From Patescibacteria group bacterium (GTDB lineage Bacteria; Patescibacteriota; Microgenomatia; UBA10105; UBA927): DNA of 64,000 nucleotides. The number at the start of each line of letters is the position of its first letter. Position 1 is the first letter of the stretch. Below are positions 16,697-27,007 of the stretch, in pieces. The DNA lies in the NCBI GenBank assembly GCA_049322955.1, contig JBMOPU010000033.1, forward strand, positions 64,784 to 128,783, read 5' to 3'. The position numbers and the translations under genes are program-made. A model generated the notes under the pieces. The model worked only from the letters and a program-made list of their open reading frames with translations. It was not told the DNA's origin and searched no databases.

Positions 16697-18901
16697 GTGC
16701 GGAAATCTATGAACATTATCTCCAAATCTGCGGAGATCGCAGGAAAAACCCTGACTCTTGAAGTAGGGAGATTTGCCGAACAGGCATCGGCGGCAGTGCT
16801 TGCCAAATACGGTGAGACGATGGTGCTTGCAACCGTCACCGCATCAAGTAAAGAAACAACGCTTGATTATTTTCCTCTTTCCGTCGAATACGTCGAACGG
16901 CTGTATGCCGGCGGTCGTATCAAGGGTTCCCGTTGGGTTAAACGGGAAGGAAGACCGACGGATGACGCGGTACTGGCCGGTCGGGTAATCGATCGTTCCA
17001 TTCGTCCGCTTTTTCCGAAGTCATTTAAACGCGACGTACAGGTGATTATCACCGTTCTTTCCGTCGACGGACAAAACGATCCCGACGTATTGGGACTGGT
17101 TGCAACCAGTGCCGCTATCGCAATTTCACCCGTTCCCTGGAAGGGACCGATCGGTGGCGTGCGGGTAGGGTATGTCAAAGAAACGGGTACCGAAAAAGGC
17201 GCATATATTATCAACCCGACAACTTTGGAACAGGAAACGAGTGAATTTGATTTCATCGTCTCCGGTACGAGTGAAAAAGTCGTGATGCTTGAGGGAGGTT
17301 TCTGTGAAACACCCGAACCCATCGTATTCGGTGCCATCGAAGAAGCCAAGAAGGCAAACGGCGAAGTGATTGCCCTTATCAACGAACTCGTCAGCGCCGT
17401 CGGCAAAGAAAAAATCACGCTTCCTGAAGTCAGTGAAGCGGACGAACTGAAAAAGAAAATCGCCAAAGACTACGCCAAAGAAATGGAAACGGCATTTGCA
17501 AAGAAAGCCGAAAAAGAATTCGGCGGAACGGAAATTGCGGAGCTTGCAAAGACCATTTCCGAGGCATACGGCACCGATTATTCCTTAAAGGATATCGAGG
17601 CGGCCCTTGATGCACTGTTCAAAAAACAGGTTCGCGACAATGTCTTAATGCACGGGAAGCGATTCGACGGCCGAAAGATCGATGAAGTACGACCGATCGA
17701 TATCGATGTCAGCATTCTTTCCCGCACGCACGGGAGCGCGATGTTCAAGCGGGGACAGACACAGGTATTGACGGTTGCCACCTTGGGCACCCCGAGTCTT
17801 GAACAGCTTATCGAGAGTCCGATGGGTGAGGAGTCAAAGCGATACATCCACCATTACAGCATGCCGCCGTATTCCGTCGGAGAGACGGGAAGAGTGGGCA
17901 CGCCGAATCGCCGGGAGATCGGACATGGCGCACTTGCCGAACGGGCATTGCTTTCCGTGATTCCTTCCGAAGAGGAATTTCCTTATACGATTCGTTTGGT
18001 ATCCGAAGTCATGAGTAGTAACGGCTCGACCTCCATGGCAAGTACCTGCGGATCGACGCTCGCGCTTATGGATGCGGGAGTACCGATCAAAGAACCGGTT
18101 GCGGGTATCTCCATCGGTCTTATGACCGACAAAGAGAAGTTTGTGTTGTTGACCGACATTTTGGGCATTGAAGATTTTTCGGGCGACATGGACTTTAAGG
18201 TAGCGGGAACCAAAAACGGTATCACCGCCATTCAGCTCGATATCAAAATCGAAGGATTGAATGAGGCTATTGTCGAACAGACGCTTGAGCGCGCGCGCAT
18301 TGCCAGGATGATGATCCTTGAAAAGATTGCGGCGGTGATAAAGTCACCCAGACAGGCAGTGTCGCAGTATGCGCCGAAGATTAAGGTGATTAAGATTCCG
18401 ACCGAACGAATCGGTGAGGTTATCGGTCCCGGCGGAAAAGTTATCCGCAACATCATCGCAACGACGGGTGCAACCGTTGACGTCAATGATGACGGGTCGG
18501 TATTTATCTCGGGCACCGACGCCGATAGTGTGCAGAAAGCAGTTGCGTGGGTCGAAGGATTGACGCACGATGTTGAAGTCGGTGAGGAATTCGAAGGGGA
18601 AGTGAAACGAATTCTTCCGTTCGGCGCGTTTGTCGAAATTTTGCCCGGCAAAGAAGGCATGGTGCATGTTTCGCAAATGAGCACCGATTTTGTCGATGAT
18701 CCTTCAACGGTCGTATCTATCGGCCAGGTTGTGAAGGTGCGTGTAATGGAAATTGATGAACAGCGACGGATCAACCTCTCCATGCTTTTTGGAGAAGATG
18801 CCGAGAAAAAATCGGCCGAACGTCGGGAACAACGGGGCGGCAATGATCGCCACGGCGGAGGCCGACGAGGCGGTTTTGATCGCGGCCGACGACGCTATTA
18901 A
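16697..18901 (+). CDS. pnp: Polyribonucleotide nucleotidyltransferase (PNPase). It has two RNase PH domains plus KH and S1 domains and an RGG-rich tail. The start is a GTG with Shine-Dalgarno aagga upstream.
   Basis: N-terminus ...LTLEVGRFAEQASAAVLAKYGETMVLATV. The S1 domain is EGEVKRILPFGAFVEILPGKEGMVHVSQMS. C-terminus GGNDRHGGGRRGGFDRGRRRY. Confidence 0.95.
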   Translation: MRKSMNIISKSAEIAGKTLTLEVGRFAEQASAAVLAKYGETMVLATVTASSKETTLDYFPLSVEYVERLYAGGRIKGSRWVKREGRPTDDAVLAGRVIDRSIRPLFPKSFKRDVQVIITVLSVDGQNDPDVLGLVATSAAIAISPVPWKGPIGGVRVGYVKETGTEKGAYIINPTTLEQETSEFDFIVSGTSEKVVMLEGGFCETPEPIVFGAIEEAKKANGEVIALINELVSAVGKEKITLPEVSEADELKKKIAKDYAKEMETAFAKKAEKEFGGTEIAELAKTISEAYGTDYSLKDIEAALDALFKKQVRDNVLMHGKRFDGRKIDEVRPIDIDVSILSRTHGSAMFKRGQTQVLTVATLGTPSLEQLIESPMGEESKRYIHHYSMPPYSVGETGRVGTPNRREIGHGALAERALLSVIPSEEEFPYTIRLVSEVMSSNGSTSMASTCGSTLALMDAGVPIKEPVAGISIGLMTDKEKFVLLTDILGIEDFSGDMDFKVAGTKNGITAIQLDIKIEGLNEAIVEQTLERARIARMMILEKIAAVIKSPRQAVSQYAPKIKVIKIPTERIGEVIGPGGKVIRNIIATTGATVDVNDDGSVFISGTDADSVQKAVAWVEGLTHDVEVGEEFEGEVKRILPFGAFVEILPGKEGMVHVSQMSTDFVDDPSTVVSIGQVVKVRVMEIDEQRRINLSMLFGEDAEKKSAERREQRGGNDRHGGGRRGGFDRGRRRY

Positions 18902-19021
18902 GTCGTCTCTTCAACGCATCCGCATGCAACAGGGGCAAGACCCATCGGGAGTTCTTCCGCGGGGTATCTTTACTCAAAATCGCCGCAGGAATTGCGTGGG
19001 TAAATTTGTTATGATAGACGT

Positions 19022-20128
19022 ATGTCCAGACTGCTCGATGAAGTAAGTGTTCTTCGGAAAAAACTGAAAGAAGCCGCCGTTCCTCCCGAAATGGAAACGC
19101 GGATGATTGCAAACCTCGAGGAAGTTGAACGATTGGAGCATGATATCACGGCGCGGGTGCATATTGAGCAGATGCTTCGGTATATCGATTGGGTCATTAA
19201 TCTTCCCTGGAATAACCGGAGTCAGGACGAAATTGATTTAAAAAACGCGCGAACGATTCTTGAGACGCATCACTACGGATTACAGCCGGTGAAAGAACGT
19301 ATTTTGGAATACCTCGCCGTCATGAAGCTCAATCAAGATCGGTGGAAGAAGGAAGCGGCAGTTGCTTCGGAAGACTCACGCGAGTCGGAAGCAAAAAGCA
19401 CCCATGCGATGCTGGCAAGAAGGGCTCCCATACTTTGTCTTGTCGGGCTCGTCGGTACGGGTAAAACGACCTTGGCAAAATCGATCGCCCAGGCGATGGG
19501 AAGACGATTTGTCCGTATTGCCTTCGGAGGAATGTCCGACGCATTGGAACTGCGCGGACAGTCACGGGTGCGACCCGATGCGGAAATCGGACTCATTCTC
19601 AAGGGCTTGCGATTTGCGGGCACAAAAAATCCGGTGATACTGCTTGATGAAATTGATCGTGTGTCCGAGCACGCGCGAGGGGATATTATGGGTGTGCTGG
19701 TTGAATTACTTGATCCGGAACAAAACTCGGCGTTTGTCGATCACTATATGGATTATCCGTTTGATCTTTCGGAAGTGTTGTTTATCGCAACCAGTAACAA
19801 TACCACCAATATCGCAACCGCGGTGCTTGACCGTCTCGAGCCTATCCAGATGCCGTCGTACACCGATGCGGAAAAAATTGAAATCGCCAAAAAATATGTC
19901 ATGCCCGCGCTTATGAGAGAATCGGGCTTGACGGGTGAGAATCTGACGATTGATGAGGCGATGTGGGCGAAACTCGTCCGCCCGTTGGGGTATGATGCCG
20001 GAATCCGTTCCATTGAACGGACATTAAATAGCGTATGCAGAAAAGTTGCCCTTTCCATCGTGGAAGGCAAACAGACGTCGTTTCATATCGACGAAAATAA
20101 TATTAAAAGTTTTATAGAAGTGTATTAG
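19022..20128 (+). CDS. Stand-alone Lon-type AAA+ ATPase module. It corresponds to the Lon linker plus the alpha/beta and alpha-helical subdomains only, with no N-terminal substrate domain and no S16 protease domain.
   Basis: ILETHHYGLQPVKERILEYLAV matches the Lon signature (LDeDHYGLekVKeRIlEYLAV). Walker A GLVGTGKTTLAKSIAQAMGR and Walker B ILLDEIDRV are present. Sensor-1 ATSNN, Arg finger LDRLEPIQM and sensor-2 GIRSIERTL are present. The ORF stops where the Lon protease domain would begin, and RNase J follows. Confidence 0.7.
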   Translation: MSRLLDEVSVLRKKLKEAAVPPEMETRMIANLEEVERLEHDITARVHIEQMLRYIDWVINLPWNNRSQDEIDLKNARTILETHHYGLQPVKERILEYLAVMKLNQDRWKKEAAVASEDSRESEAKSTHAMLARRAPILCLVGLVGTGKTTLAKSIAQAMGRRFVRIAFGGMSDALELRGQSRVRPDAEIGLILKGLRFAGTKNPVILLDEIDRVSEHARGDIMGVLVELLDPEQNSAFVDHYMDYPFDLSEVLFIATSNNTTNIATAVLDRLEPIQMPSYTDAEKIEIAKKYVMPALMRESGLTGENLTIDEAMWAKLVRPLGYDAGIRSIERTLNSVCRKVALSIVEGKQTSFHIDENNIKSFIEVY

Positions 20129-20198
20129 TCGTGTGAAGGTTTCTGCCCCGAATGCTAGTACAAATATATCCTCAAAAAAAGGAGAAAGAAGGTTGATT

Positions 20199-21956
20199 AT
20201 GAGAAAAATGTATTTACACCATTCCCGACGACCCGAGCCGCAACGGCAGGTATTTGAAGGAAAATCATTCGGAACCCCCACCGGCAAAGATACGGTGCGT
20301 ATCGTGCCGCTCGGAGGATCAGGGAATGTCACGAAGAATATGTATCTGTATGAGTACCGGTATGACGGGAAAATCAGGGATATTCTGATCGTCGATTGCG
20401 GTATCGGATTTCCCGATGAAAGTATGTTCGGCGTTGATCTGGTTATTCCCGACGTGCGGTATCTTATGGACAAGCGGGACAAAATCCGCGCGCTTGTTTT
20501 TACCCACGGGCACGATGATCACATCGGCGGACTTCCATATATTTATCCGAAGCTGGGAAAGGTTCCCATGTATGCGCCGACGTTGGCCGCTGCATTTGCC
20601 AATTTAAAGCTGAAGGAAACGGAAGTGCGGGAGCGCGTGCGTCCCATGACGTTTGACAAAACCGTCAGTGCGGGTGCTTTTACGGTATCGTTTATCCGTC
20701 TGACCCATTCGGTTCCCGATACGTCACATCTTGTCATAGAAACGCCTATCGGCATTTTTTATCACGGAAGTGATTTCAAATTTGATCCCACGCCGCTTGA
20801 TCAGAAACCATCGGAAATTCATAAAATCAATGCGGTGGGAAAGAAAGGTGTCTTGTGCATGCTTTCCGATAGTTTAGGCAGTGAACGCCCGGGATTTACT
20901 CCATCGGAACAAATCATCGGAGAAACGATTGAAAAAGAGTTACGCCTTTCCAACGGCAAAGTACTTTTTACCACGCAATCAAGCAATATCTCCCGCATTC
21001 AGCTGGCCATTGAGCTTGCGCAAAAATATGGAAGAAAAATTGCTTTTTTGGGGCGAAGTATCGATCAAAACGTTGAAGAATCGGTCAAACTCGGCTACAT
21101 GAAGTTCCCCCGCGACGTTATCATCAACGACCGTGACTTAAAACGGATGCCCGCCAATAAACAGTTTTTGGTGGTGGCGGGGGCGCAGGGGCAACCGACG
21201 AGTAATCTCTTTCGGATAGCCAGTGATGCCCATAAAACGGTGCGGTTGAACGATACCGATACGGTCATTATTTCCGCCGATCCGATTCCGGGACGGGAAA
21301 ACGACGTCAATAAACTGATCGATCAGATCTATCGCCATGGCGCACGCGTTTCCTACAGTGACATCATGGAGGATCTCCATGTGTCGGGACACGGCAGTAG
21401 CGGCGACATGATGTTATTGTTATCAGCCGTGGGTCCCCGGTATGTCTGGCCGATCGGAGGAACGTACAAACACCTCATGCAATACCGAAGGCTTGCGGCC
21501 GATTTGGGATACGATAAGCGTTCGGTGCTGATTCCTGAAGACGGGGAAGTGATGGAATTTTCCCGTCATGCGCCTCCTCGCGTCGTCGATCGTCTTGAAC
21601 TCGATCAGATCATGATTGACGGCCTGGGGATAGGGGACGTGGGGAGTGTCGTATTGAAGGACCGGCAAAAAATTGCCCACGAAGGAATTGTGGTTGCCGC
21701 AATTCCCGTCGATAGTCGGAGCGGACATCTCGTCAGCGCGCCGCAGATTATCACCCGGGGATTTGTCTATGTCAAAGAATCACGACATCTACTTGCGCAT
21801 GCGGGGGGAGTCGTGGACCGGGCATTGACCCTTCGAAAAGGGAAAATCGCCGATTGGCAGATAGTCAAAAAGCGCATTGAAGACTCGCTCGGGGAATATC
21901 TCCTCAAAGAAACGGGGAGAAGTCCGCTCATCGTTCCCGTCATCCTTGAGGTCTAA
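20199..21956 (+). CDS. rnj: Ribonuclease J (metallo-beta-lactamase/beta-CASP RNase). The start is MRKMYLHH, with Shine-Dalgarno aaaggaga upstream.
   Basis: RIVPLGGSGNVTKNMYLYEY... is followed by the THGHDDHIGGLPY (HxHxDH) motif. The beta-CASP and C-terminal domains follow. Size is 586 aa. Confidence 0.85.
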   Translation: MRKMYLHHSRRPEPQRQVFEGKSFGTPTGKDTVRIVPLGGSGNVTKNMYLYEYRYDGKIRDILIVDCGIGFPDESMFGVDLVIPDVRYLMDKRDKIRALVFTHGHDDHIGGLPYIYPKLGKVPMYAPTLAAAFANLKLKETEVRERVRPMTFDKTVSAGAFTVSFIRLTHSVPDTSHLVIETPIGIFYHGSDFKFDPTPLDQKPSEIHKINAVGKKGVLCMLSDSLGSERPGFTPSEQIIGETIEKELRLSNGKVLFTTQSSNISRIQLAIELAQKYGRKIAFLGRSIDQNVEESVKLGYMKFPRDVIINDRDLKRMPANKQFLVVAGAQGQPTSNLFRIASDAHKTVRLNDTDTVIISADPIPGRENDVNKLIDQIYRHGARVSYSDIMEDLHVSGHGSSGDMMLLLSAVGPRYVWPIGGTYKHLMQYRRLAADLGYDKRSVLIPEDGEVMEFSRHAPPRVVDRLELDQIMIDGLGIGDVGSVVLKDRQKIAHEGIVVAAIPVDSRSGHLVSAPQIITRGFVYVKESRHLLAHAGGVVDRALTLRKGKIADWQIVKKRIEDSLGEYLLKETGRSPLIVPVILEV

Positions 21957-22071
21957 GCGCGTGGGAAAGTTGACATTGCCGCTATATTACTATAGGATAG
22001 TTAGAAGAGGGGAGCAGGGGATTCCATTGCATTAGCGCACGGCTGTTCCTATACTGGAGTGTATCGAAACT

Positions 22072-24246
22072 ATGGCATTTAAACTGAAAAAACCGAAACG
22101 AAAATACCATAAACGCAAAGGATTTGGGTTAAAACTCAAAAAACAGACCGTTTATACGGTTGCGGCAATCTGGTTTTGGCTGTTTGCCGGGGCAATCTGC
22201 CTTTCCTTTTTCGGAGAAGGCAGTATGTTATCCTCCCTTCGGGAAAGTCTGACTTCCCATTTCGGATGGATTATGTACGTGCTTCCCATTTTTCTTGTAT
22301 CCGCGAGCACGCTGTTTTTTAAGGTGAAGTCGGAACTTGGCAATCAGAACGTACCGATGGGACTGGGGATTATCATCGTGGGGCTTATGGCACTTACGAG
22401 AGCCGGAGATATCGGCGATACCCTGTGGGTGCTTACCTCGGATGCCATTGCTCCCGAAGGGACAACGCTCTTATTTTTGGGCGTCGTACTCATAGGATGC
22501 ATTGTGTTGTTTAACACCTCGCTTGACCGGTTTATCAATTTTCTCCTTATGGGGGTGCAGACGATTCTTGAATGGGTAGCCTCACTCGGGGAAAAACAGC
22601 AAAAAGCACCGCTTATTATCGGCGGAGCGCAAAAAGAACCGCTCAAAATACGGGAAACCGATGAGGAAAAACAGCTCCAGAAAAAACCGATGACTCCCCC
22701 GCCGGTGCCGGCAAAACCCGGCCCGGTCGTAAAAGAACCGCAGGGAGCAGGGACGCTTGCCATGAGCAGTATGAATAACAGTCAGGATATGAAACTGTGG
22801 GAGTATCCCGAAGTCGGTTTGCTCTCGGACGGCCCGGGAGAAAAAGCCGATCGGGGTGACGTACGGAAAAATGCCGACGTTATCGAAAAGACGCTGGATA
22901 GTTTCGGGGTCCAAGCGGATGTCGTGGAGGTAAATCCCGGTCCTGCGGTCACGCAATATGCAATCAAACTGTCGCTCGGAACGAAAGTGTCGAAAATCAC
23001 GTCTCTTGCCAGCGATATGGCGCTTGCCCTTGCCGCTCCGACAGGACAGGTACGTATCGAAGCGCCTATCCCCGGACGGGATCTTGTCGGAATAGAAATC
23101 CCCAATCGCGGACTCGAGTTTGTCACTTTAAAGCGCATGTTGCTTTCCGACCCGATGAAAAAGGCAAAGAGTAAGCTTGCTGTTGCCATGGGTCTTGATG
23201 TTTCGGGAAATCCGTTAATCGGCGATATTGCAAAAATGCCGCACGTGCTGGTGGCGGGAACGACCGGTTCGGGAAAGTCGGTGCTCCTCAATGCCTGGAT
23301 TTGTAGTCTGTTATATCGGACGACGCCCGCGGAAGTACGTCTTATTCTTGTTGATCCGAAGCGGGTTGAACTCGTCGGATATAACGGCGTACCGCATTTG
23401 TTGACGCCCGTTATCGTCGAAGCGGATAAAATACTTTCCGCACTTCGCTGGGCAACCCAGGAGATGGAACGGCGATATAAACAATTTGCCGAGGTCGGCG
23501 TACGAAACCTAGACGGATTTAACGAACTATCCGGTTTCCAGGCACTCCCGTACATTGTCATCATTATTGACGAACTTGCCGATCTTATGGGATATGCGCC
23601 AGTTGAAGTCGAAGATACGATTTGTCGGATTGCACAAATGGCACGCGCAACGGGAATTCACTTGGTGGTCGCCACGCAACGGCCGAGTGTGGACGTCATC
23701 ACGGGTCTTATCAAAGCAAACATTCCCGCACGTATCGCCTTTAATGTCTCCTCCATGATCGATTCGCGGGTCATTATCGATATGCCGGGAGCAGAAAAAC
23801 TGCTCGGTCGCGGAGATATGTTATACGTCCCGCCGGACCAAGCAAAACCGATGCGTATTCAGGGAACCTTCGTATCCGATAAAGAAGTGACGAAAGTAGT
23901 GGAGTTTTTCAAAAACACGCAAGCGGAAGTGCATTATACCGAAGAAGTATTAAGCCAGCCTGCTACGGCGATGAAGAAAGGCGGCGGGGCTTCCGCCGGC
24001 GGTGACGGAAAGGATCCGTTATTTGAAGATGCCTTGCGTCTTGTATGCCAGTACGACAAAGCATCCGCATCGTTACTGCAACGTCGATTGTCAGTAGGCT
24101 ATGCACGGGCCGCAAGAATCCTCGATCAGTTGGAAATGGCGGGCATTATCGGTGCCGGTGAAGGATCAAAACCCCGCGACGTATTGATCAAAAACCCCGA
24201 CGAATACCTCGCAAGCCAACAACAAGCGCAAACCCAAGAAAGTTAG
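22072..24246 (+). CDS. ftsK: DNA translocase FtsK/SpoIIIE (N-terminal TM domain, linker, motor domain, C-terminal gamma wHTH)
   Basis: Four N-terminal TMs. A Pro-rich linker is followed by Walker A VAGTTGSGKSV. The sequence ...VATQRPSVDVITGLIKANIPARIAFNVSS.. and a C-terminal gamma-domain-like tail are present. Confidence 0.85.
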   Translation: MAFKLKKPKRKYHKRKGFGLKLKKQTVYTVAAIWFWLFAGAICLSFFGEGSMLSSLRESLTSHFGWIMYVLPIFLVSASTLFFKVKSELGNQNVPMGLGIIIVGLMALTRAGDIGDTLWVLTSDAIAPEGTTLLFLGVVLIGCIVLFNTSLDRFINFLLMGVQTILEWVASLGEKQQKAPLIIGGAQKEPLKIRETDEEKQLQKKPMTPPPVPAKPGPVVKEPQGAGTLAMSSMNNSQDMKLWEYPEVGLLSDGPGEKADRGDVRKNADVIEKTLDSFGVQADVVEVNPGPAVTQYAIKLSLGTKVSKITSLASDMALALAAPTGQVRIEAPIPGRDLVGIEIPNRGLEFVTLKRMLLSDPMKKAKSKLAVAMGLDVSGNPLIGDIAKMPHVLVAGTTGSGKSVLLNAWICSLLYRTTPAEVRLILVDPKRVELVGYNGVPHLLTPVIVEADKILSALRWATQEMERRYKQFAEVGVRNLDGFNELSGFQALPYIVIIIDELADLMGYAPVEVEDTICRIAQMARATGIHLVVATQRPSVDVITGLIKANIPARIAFNVSSMIDSRVIIDMPGAEKLLGRGDMLYVPPDQAKPMRIQGTFVSDKEVTKVVEFFKNTQAEVHYTEEVLSQPATAMKKGGGASAGGDGKDPLFEDALRLVCQYDKASASLLQRRLSVGYARAARILDQLEMAGIIGAGEGSKPRDVLIKNPDEYLASQQQAQTQES

Positions 24247-24254
24247 GCGGCCTC

Positions 24255-24893
24255 ATGAAAACAGTGGGCACGATGCTCAAAGAAGCCAGAGTCATGAAGG
24301 GATTAAAACCCCGGGATATTGAGCAGGCAATAAAGATCCGGGAAAAATATATCCTTGCCATCGAAGCAGACACGTTCGACGTGATGCCGTCGCCTTCTTA
24401 TGCCAAGGGATTTGTGAGGAACTATGCGGAGTATCTCGGGTTACCCACTGATGCGGTGATGGCTTTTTTCCGGCGGCAGACCACCGATGTGACCCGATCA
24501 AGCCTGCTCCCCAAAGGGGTTGCCGATCCTTTGAATGCACCCATCGTTCACCTGACGCCTGGTCGATTTATCGGGCTTATTGTCGCGACATTGTGTGTCA
24601 TATTTTTCCTGTATCTCGGCATCCAATATTTTGAAATCGGAAAAGCGCCGCCGCTTATTGTCACCAGCCCGGTCAATCAGCAGATCGTCACCGGCAGTAG
24701 GGTAGTGGTAGAGGGAAAAACGGCGCCCGACACAACTGTTATGATAAACGGGGTTTCGACCATCGTCCGGGATGACGGCAGATTTTATGAGCAGGTTGCG
24801 GTGGAGCCGGGAGTAAATAAGATCACGATTGTCGCTACCACGCGGTTCGGGAAAGTTACTTCCGAGACCCGCGAGGTCGGGTATCAGCCGTAA
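24255..24893 (+). CDS. rodZ: RodZ-like cytoskeleton protein (N-terminal XRE-type HTH, single TM, C-terminal DUF4115-like beta domain)
   Basis: HTH MLKEARVMKGLKPRDIEQAIKIREKYILAIEAD, TM GLIVATLCVIFFLYLGI, and a C-terminal beta-rich domain. Confidence 0.5.
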   Translation: MKTVGTMLKEARVMKGLKPRDIEQAIKIREKYILAIEADTFDVMPSPSYAKGFVRNYAEYLGLPTDAVMAFFRRQTTDVTRSSLLPKGVADPLNAPIVHLTPGRFIGLIVATLCVIFFLYLGIQYFEIGKAPPLIVTSPVNQQIVTGSRVVVEGKTAPDTTVMINGVSTIVRDDGRFYEQVAVEPGVNKITIVATTRFGKVTSETREVGYQP

Positions 24894-24964
24894 TTTTTCC
24901 GCCGTGATCGGTTGACAGAAGCGGCGATTTCCGCCATACTGAATAAGCGATTGTTTGTCTGCCC

Positions 24965-25234
24965 ATGGATCCCGTTCAACTCACTATCATCGTTATCAGT
25001 TTTATCCTCACCTTACTTCTCGTGCTGTTGGGTGTGCAGGTTTGGTATATCCTCAAGGAAATACGCACGGCCATTGTAAAGACCAATACCATGCTTGATG
25101 ATGCGAAAAAAGTAACCGGTACCGTCGGAGACTCCGTAGCAAGCATGTCAGGAGTCGTAAGCGGTATCAAAGCGGCATTATCGGTATTCCGATCGTTTGG
25201 CAAAAAGAATGAAGGAGGAGAAGAATATGTCTGA
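24965..25234 (+). CDS. Small membrane protein (single TM, DUF948-like)
   Basis: 89-aa ORF with an N-terminal TM (LTIIVISFILTLLLVLLGVQVWYIL) and a helical C-terminal part. Confidence 0.3.
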   Translation: MDPVQLTIIVISFILTLLLVLLGVQVWYILKEIRTAIVKTNTMLDDAKKVTGTVGDSVASMSGVVSGIKAALSVFRSFGKKNEGGEEYV

Positions 25235-25613
25235 CAATCATAACAATGACGGGAAGTTCCTTTTCGGCTTTTTCATCGGCGGTTTGATCGGTGCGCTGAT
25301 TATTTTTTTCCTGGGAACAAAAGAAGGCAAAAAAACCGGTAAAATGCTCGAAAATAAAAGTCGGGACTTACTCGATGACTTTGAGGAAAAGCTTGATGCG
25401 TTACAGGAGAAAGGCAAAGAATTGGTTCGCCAGGGTGAGGAAATGAAAGAAAAGGTTATCGATACCCTTGACGGAAAAAAAGATGAGGTAACACAGGCCG
25501 CCGCCGATAAAATAGATATTGCACTCGCGCACATCCAGGAAATGCAACAAAAAGGAGCCGAAACGACCGCAACGTTGCGGAAGCAATTCAAGAATATCCC
25601 CAAGAAGAAATAA
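25227..25613 (+). CDS. YtxH-family protein (general-stress-like small membrane protein). The start is at MSDNHNN, with Shine-Dalgarno ggagga upstream.
   Basis: Motif FLFGFFIGGLIGALIIFFLGTKEGKKTGK resembles the YtxH N-terminal consensus (GFL-G---GA--GLL-APKSGKETR). A coiled-coil tail follows. Confidence 0.45.
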   Translation: MSDNHNNDGKFLFGFFIGGLIGALIIFFLGTKEGKKTGKMLENKSRDLLDDFEEKLDALQEKGKELVRQGEEMKEKVIDTLDGKKDEVTQAAADKIDIALAHIQEMQQKGAETTATLRKQFKNIPKKK

Positions 25614-25621
25614 CCGATCGG

Positions 25622-27007
25622 TTATTTCCGCTTATAGATGATCTGATCTCCGTTTTGATAGTAGATTTCGTATCGGGTATCCCGGGGAAGCGTCAATTTT
25701 ACAGCTTCGATGTCCGCACCGAAAAAATTGTTGAAATTTTGCCCCTCCCGCAAATCCAACACAAAATACTCGGGCATAAAATCCTCGTACACGCCGCGCA
25801 ATAAGAACACTTCATGGGTGTGAATCATATGCGGGGCGATATTGTTCATCGTCATTACCGTTGATCCTTTCGGCACACGCGAAATAAGGTCATTAAGAAA
25901 TGTAAAATTTTTCGTGTTTCTATAGAAAGCGGGGTTATAGGAAAGACCCAAGGGTCCGCGAAGCAGGAATCGATGCAGAAACACACTGGTCACGATAAGA
26001 AGCACGCTGACCGAAAGAATGAACAGGCGATTTTTAAGCTTCTTTTCGAGTATATGCAGTCCCAGAACGGAGGAAAACGCCAGGATGACCGCCATTTGCG
26101 CATTGTAATGAAGACCCAAGCCCCATCGTAGGCTAAATTCATTTTGCAGAAACCGCGTCGCCAGATCCTGCAGGATAAGTATCCAAGCCGGCGGATACAG
26201 AAGCGGCAAAAAACCGAAGCTCAGAAAACTCATGAGGATGGTGTTTCGTTTTACGGGATCGTCGGCAAACATCATAAGGATGCGTACGGGATTTTCATTT
26301 ATGTGCGGCGTATAGAAATACGGCCTACCGTAAAAATACGGAATAATCACCTGCGTTGTCAGTACACCCCAGAAAACGGAAACAACGGCGGTGAGTAATG
26401 CCGTTCTCTTCCACGTTTTATTAAACAGCGATATGAATATGCCGAGCGCCACTCCCAATAATGCGCTACTTTCCTTAAACCCCAGCGTGATAAAAAAACA
26501 TACCCAAAAAAGCGTTTTCTTTTTCGTGACGATCGCATAGAAAACACCCATAAGCGGGAGCGTCATATAGGTTACTTCATGGATGTCGGCTATAAGCGCA
26601 TTTTGTAGTCCGACAAACAGGAGATAGGACACAACAACCGCAAGGGGAGCAAGACGTGTGGTCAGATAGCGCTTGGCAAGCGTATATAAAATAAGGGCAC
26701 TGCCGCACACGGCAATCGCCTGTGCAACGAGCAACACCTCCGGTCGATCGGTGAACCAATATAGTGGGCTTAAAAGGAAAATGCTCGGGCTAAAGTGATC
26801 CGCAAAAATGACTTTCCCGCCCACGACGAAGTGATCAATAATCGGGGCAGTAAAATGCGCCGCTTTCCAGATCGCCGAATCAAAGATGCCGAAGTCATAA
26901 TAAAACACTTCAAACTGCCAAAACCGATGAAGTGACACCAATACGGCGGCGAGGGTATAAACGCCGATAACGATGTATGTCAACCAATCGATACTATTTC
27001 GTTTCAT
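25622..27007 (-). CDS. Polytopic membrane protein with 12 or more TM segments, possibly a GT-C-fold glycosyltransferase (DUF2079-like)
   Basis: The hydropathy pattern alone supports a multi-TM membrane protein. The family assignment is tentative. Confidence 0.35.
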   Translation of the reverse strand: MKRNSIDWLTYIVIGVYTLAAVLVSLHRFWQFEVFYYDFGIFDSAIWKAAHFTAPIIDHFVVGGKVIFADHFSPSIFLLSPLYWFTDRPEVLLVAQAIAVCGSALILYTLAKRYLTTRLAPLAVVVSYLLFVGLQNALIADIHEVTYMTLPLMGVFYAIVTKKKTLFWVCFFITLGFKESSALLGVALGIFISLFNKTWKRTALLTAVVSVFWGVLTTQVIIPYFYGRPYFYTPHINENPVRILMMFADDPVKRNTILMSFLSFGFLPLLYPPAWILILQDLATRFLQNEFSLRWGLGLHYNAQMAVILAFSSVLGLHILEKKLKNRLFILSVSVLLIVTSVFLHRFLLRGPLGLSYNPAFYRNTKNFTFLNDLISRVPKGSTVMTMNNIAPHMIHTHEVFLLRGVYEDFMPEYFVLDLREGQNFNNFFGADIEAVKLTLPRDTRYEIYYQNGDQIIYKRK

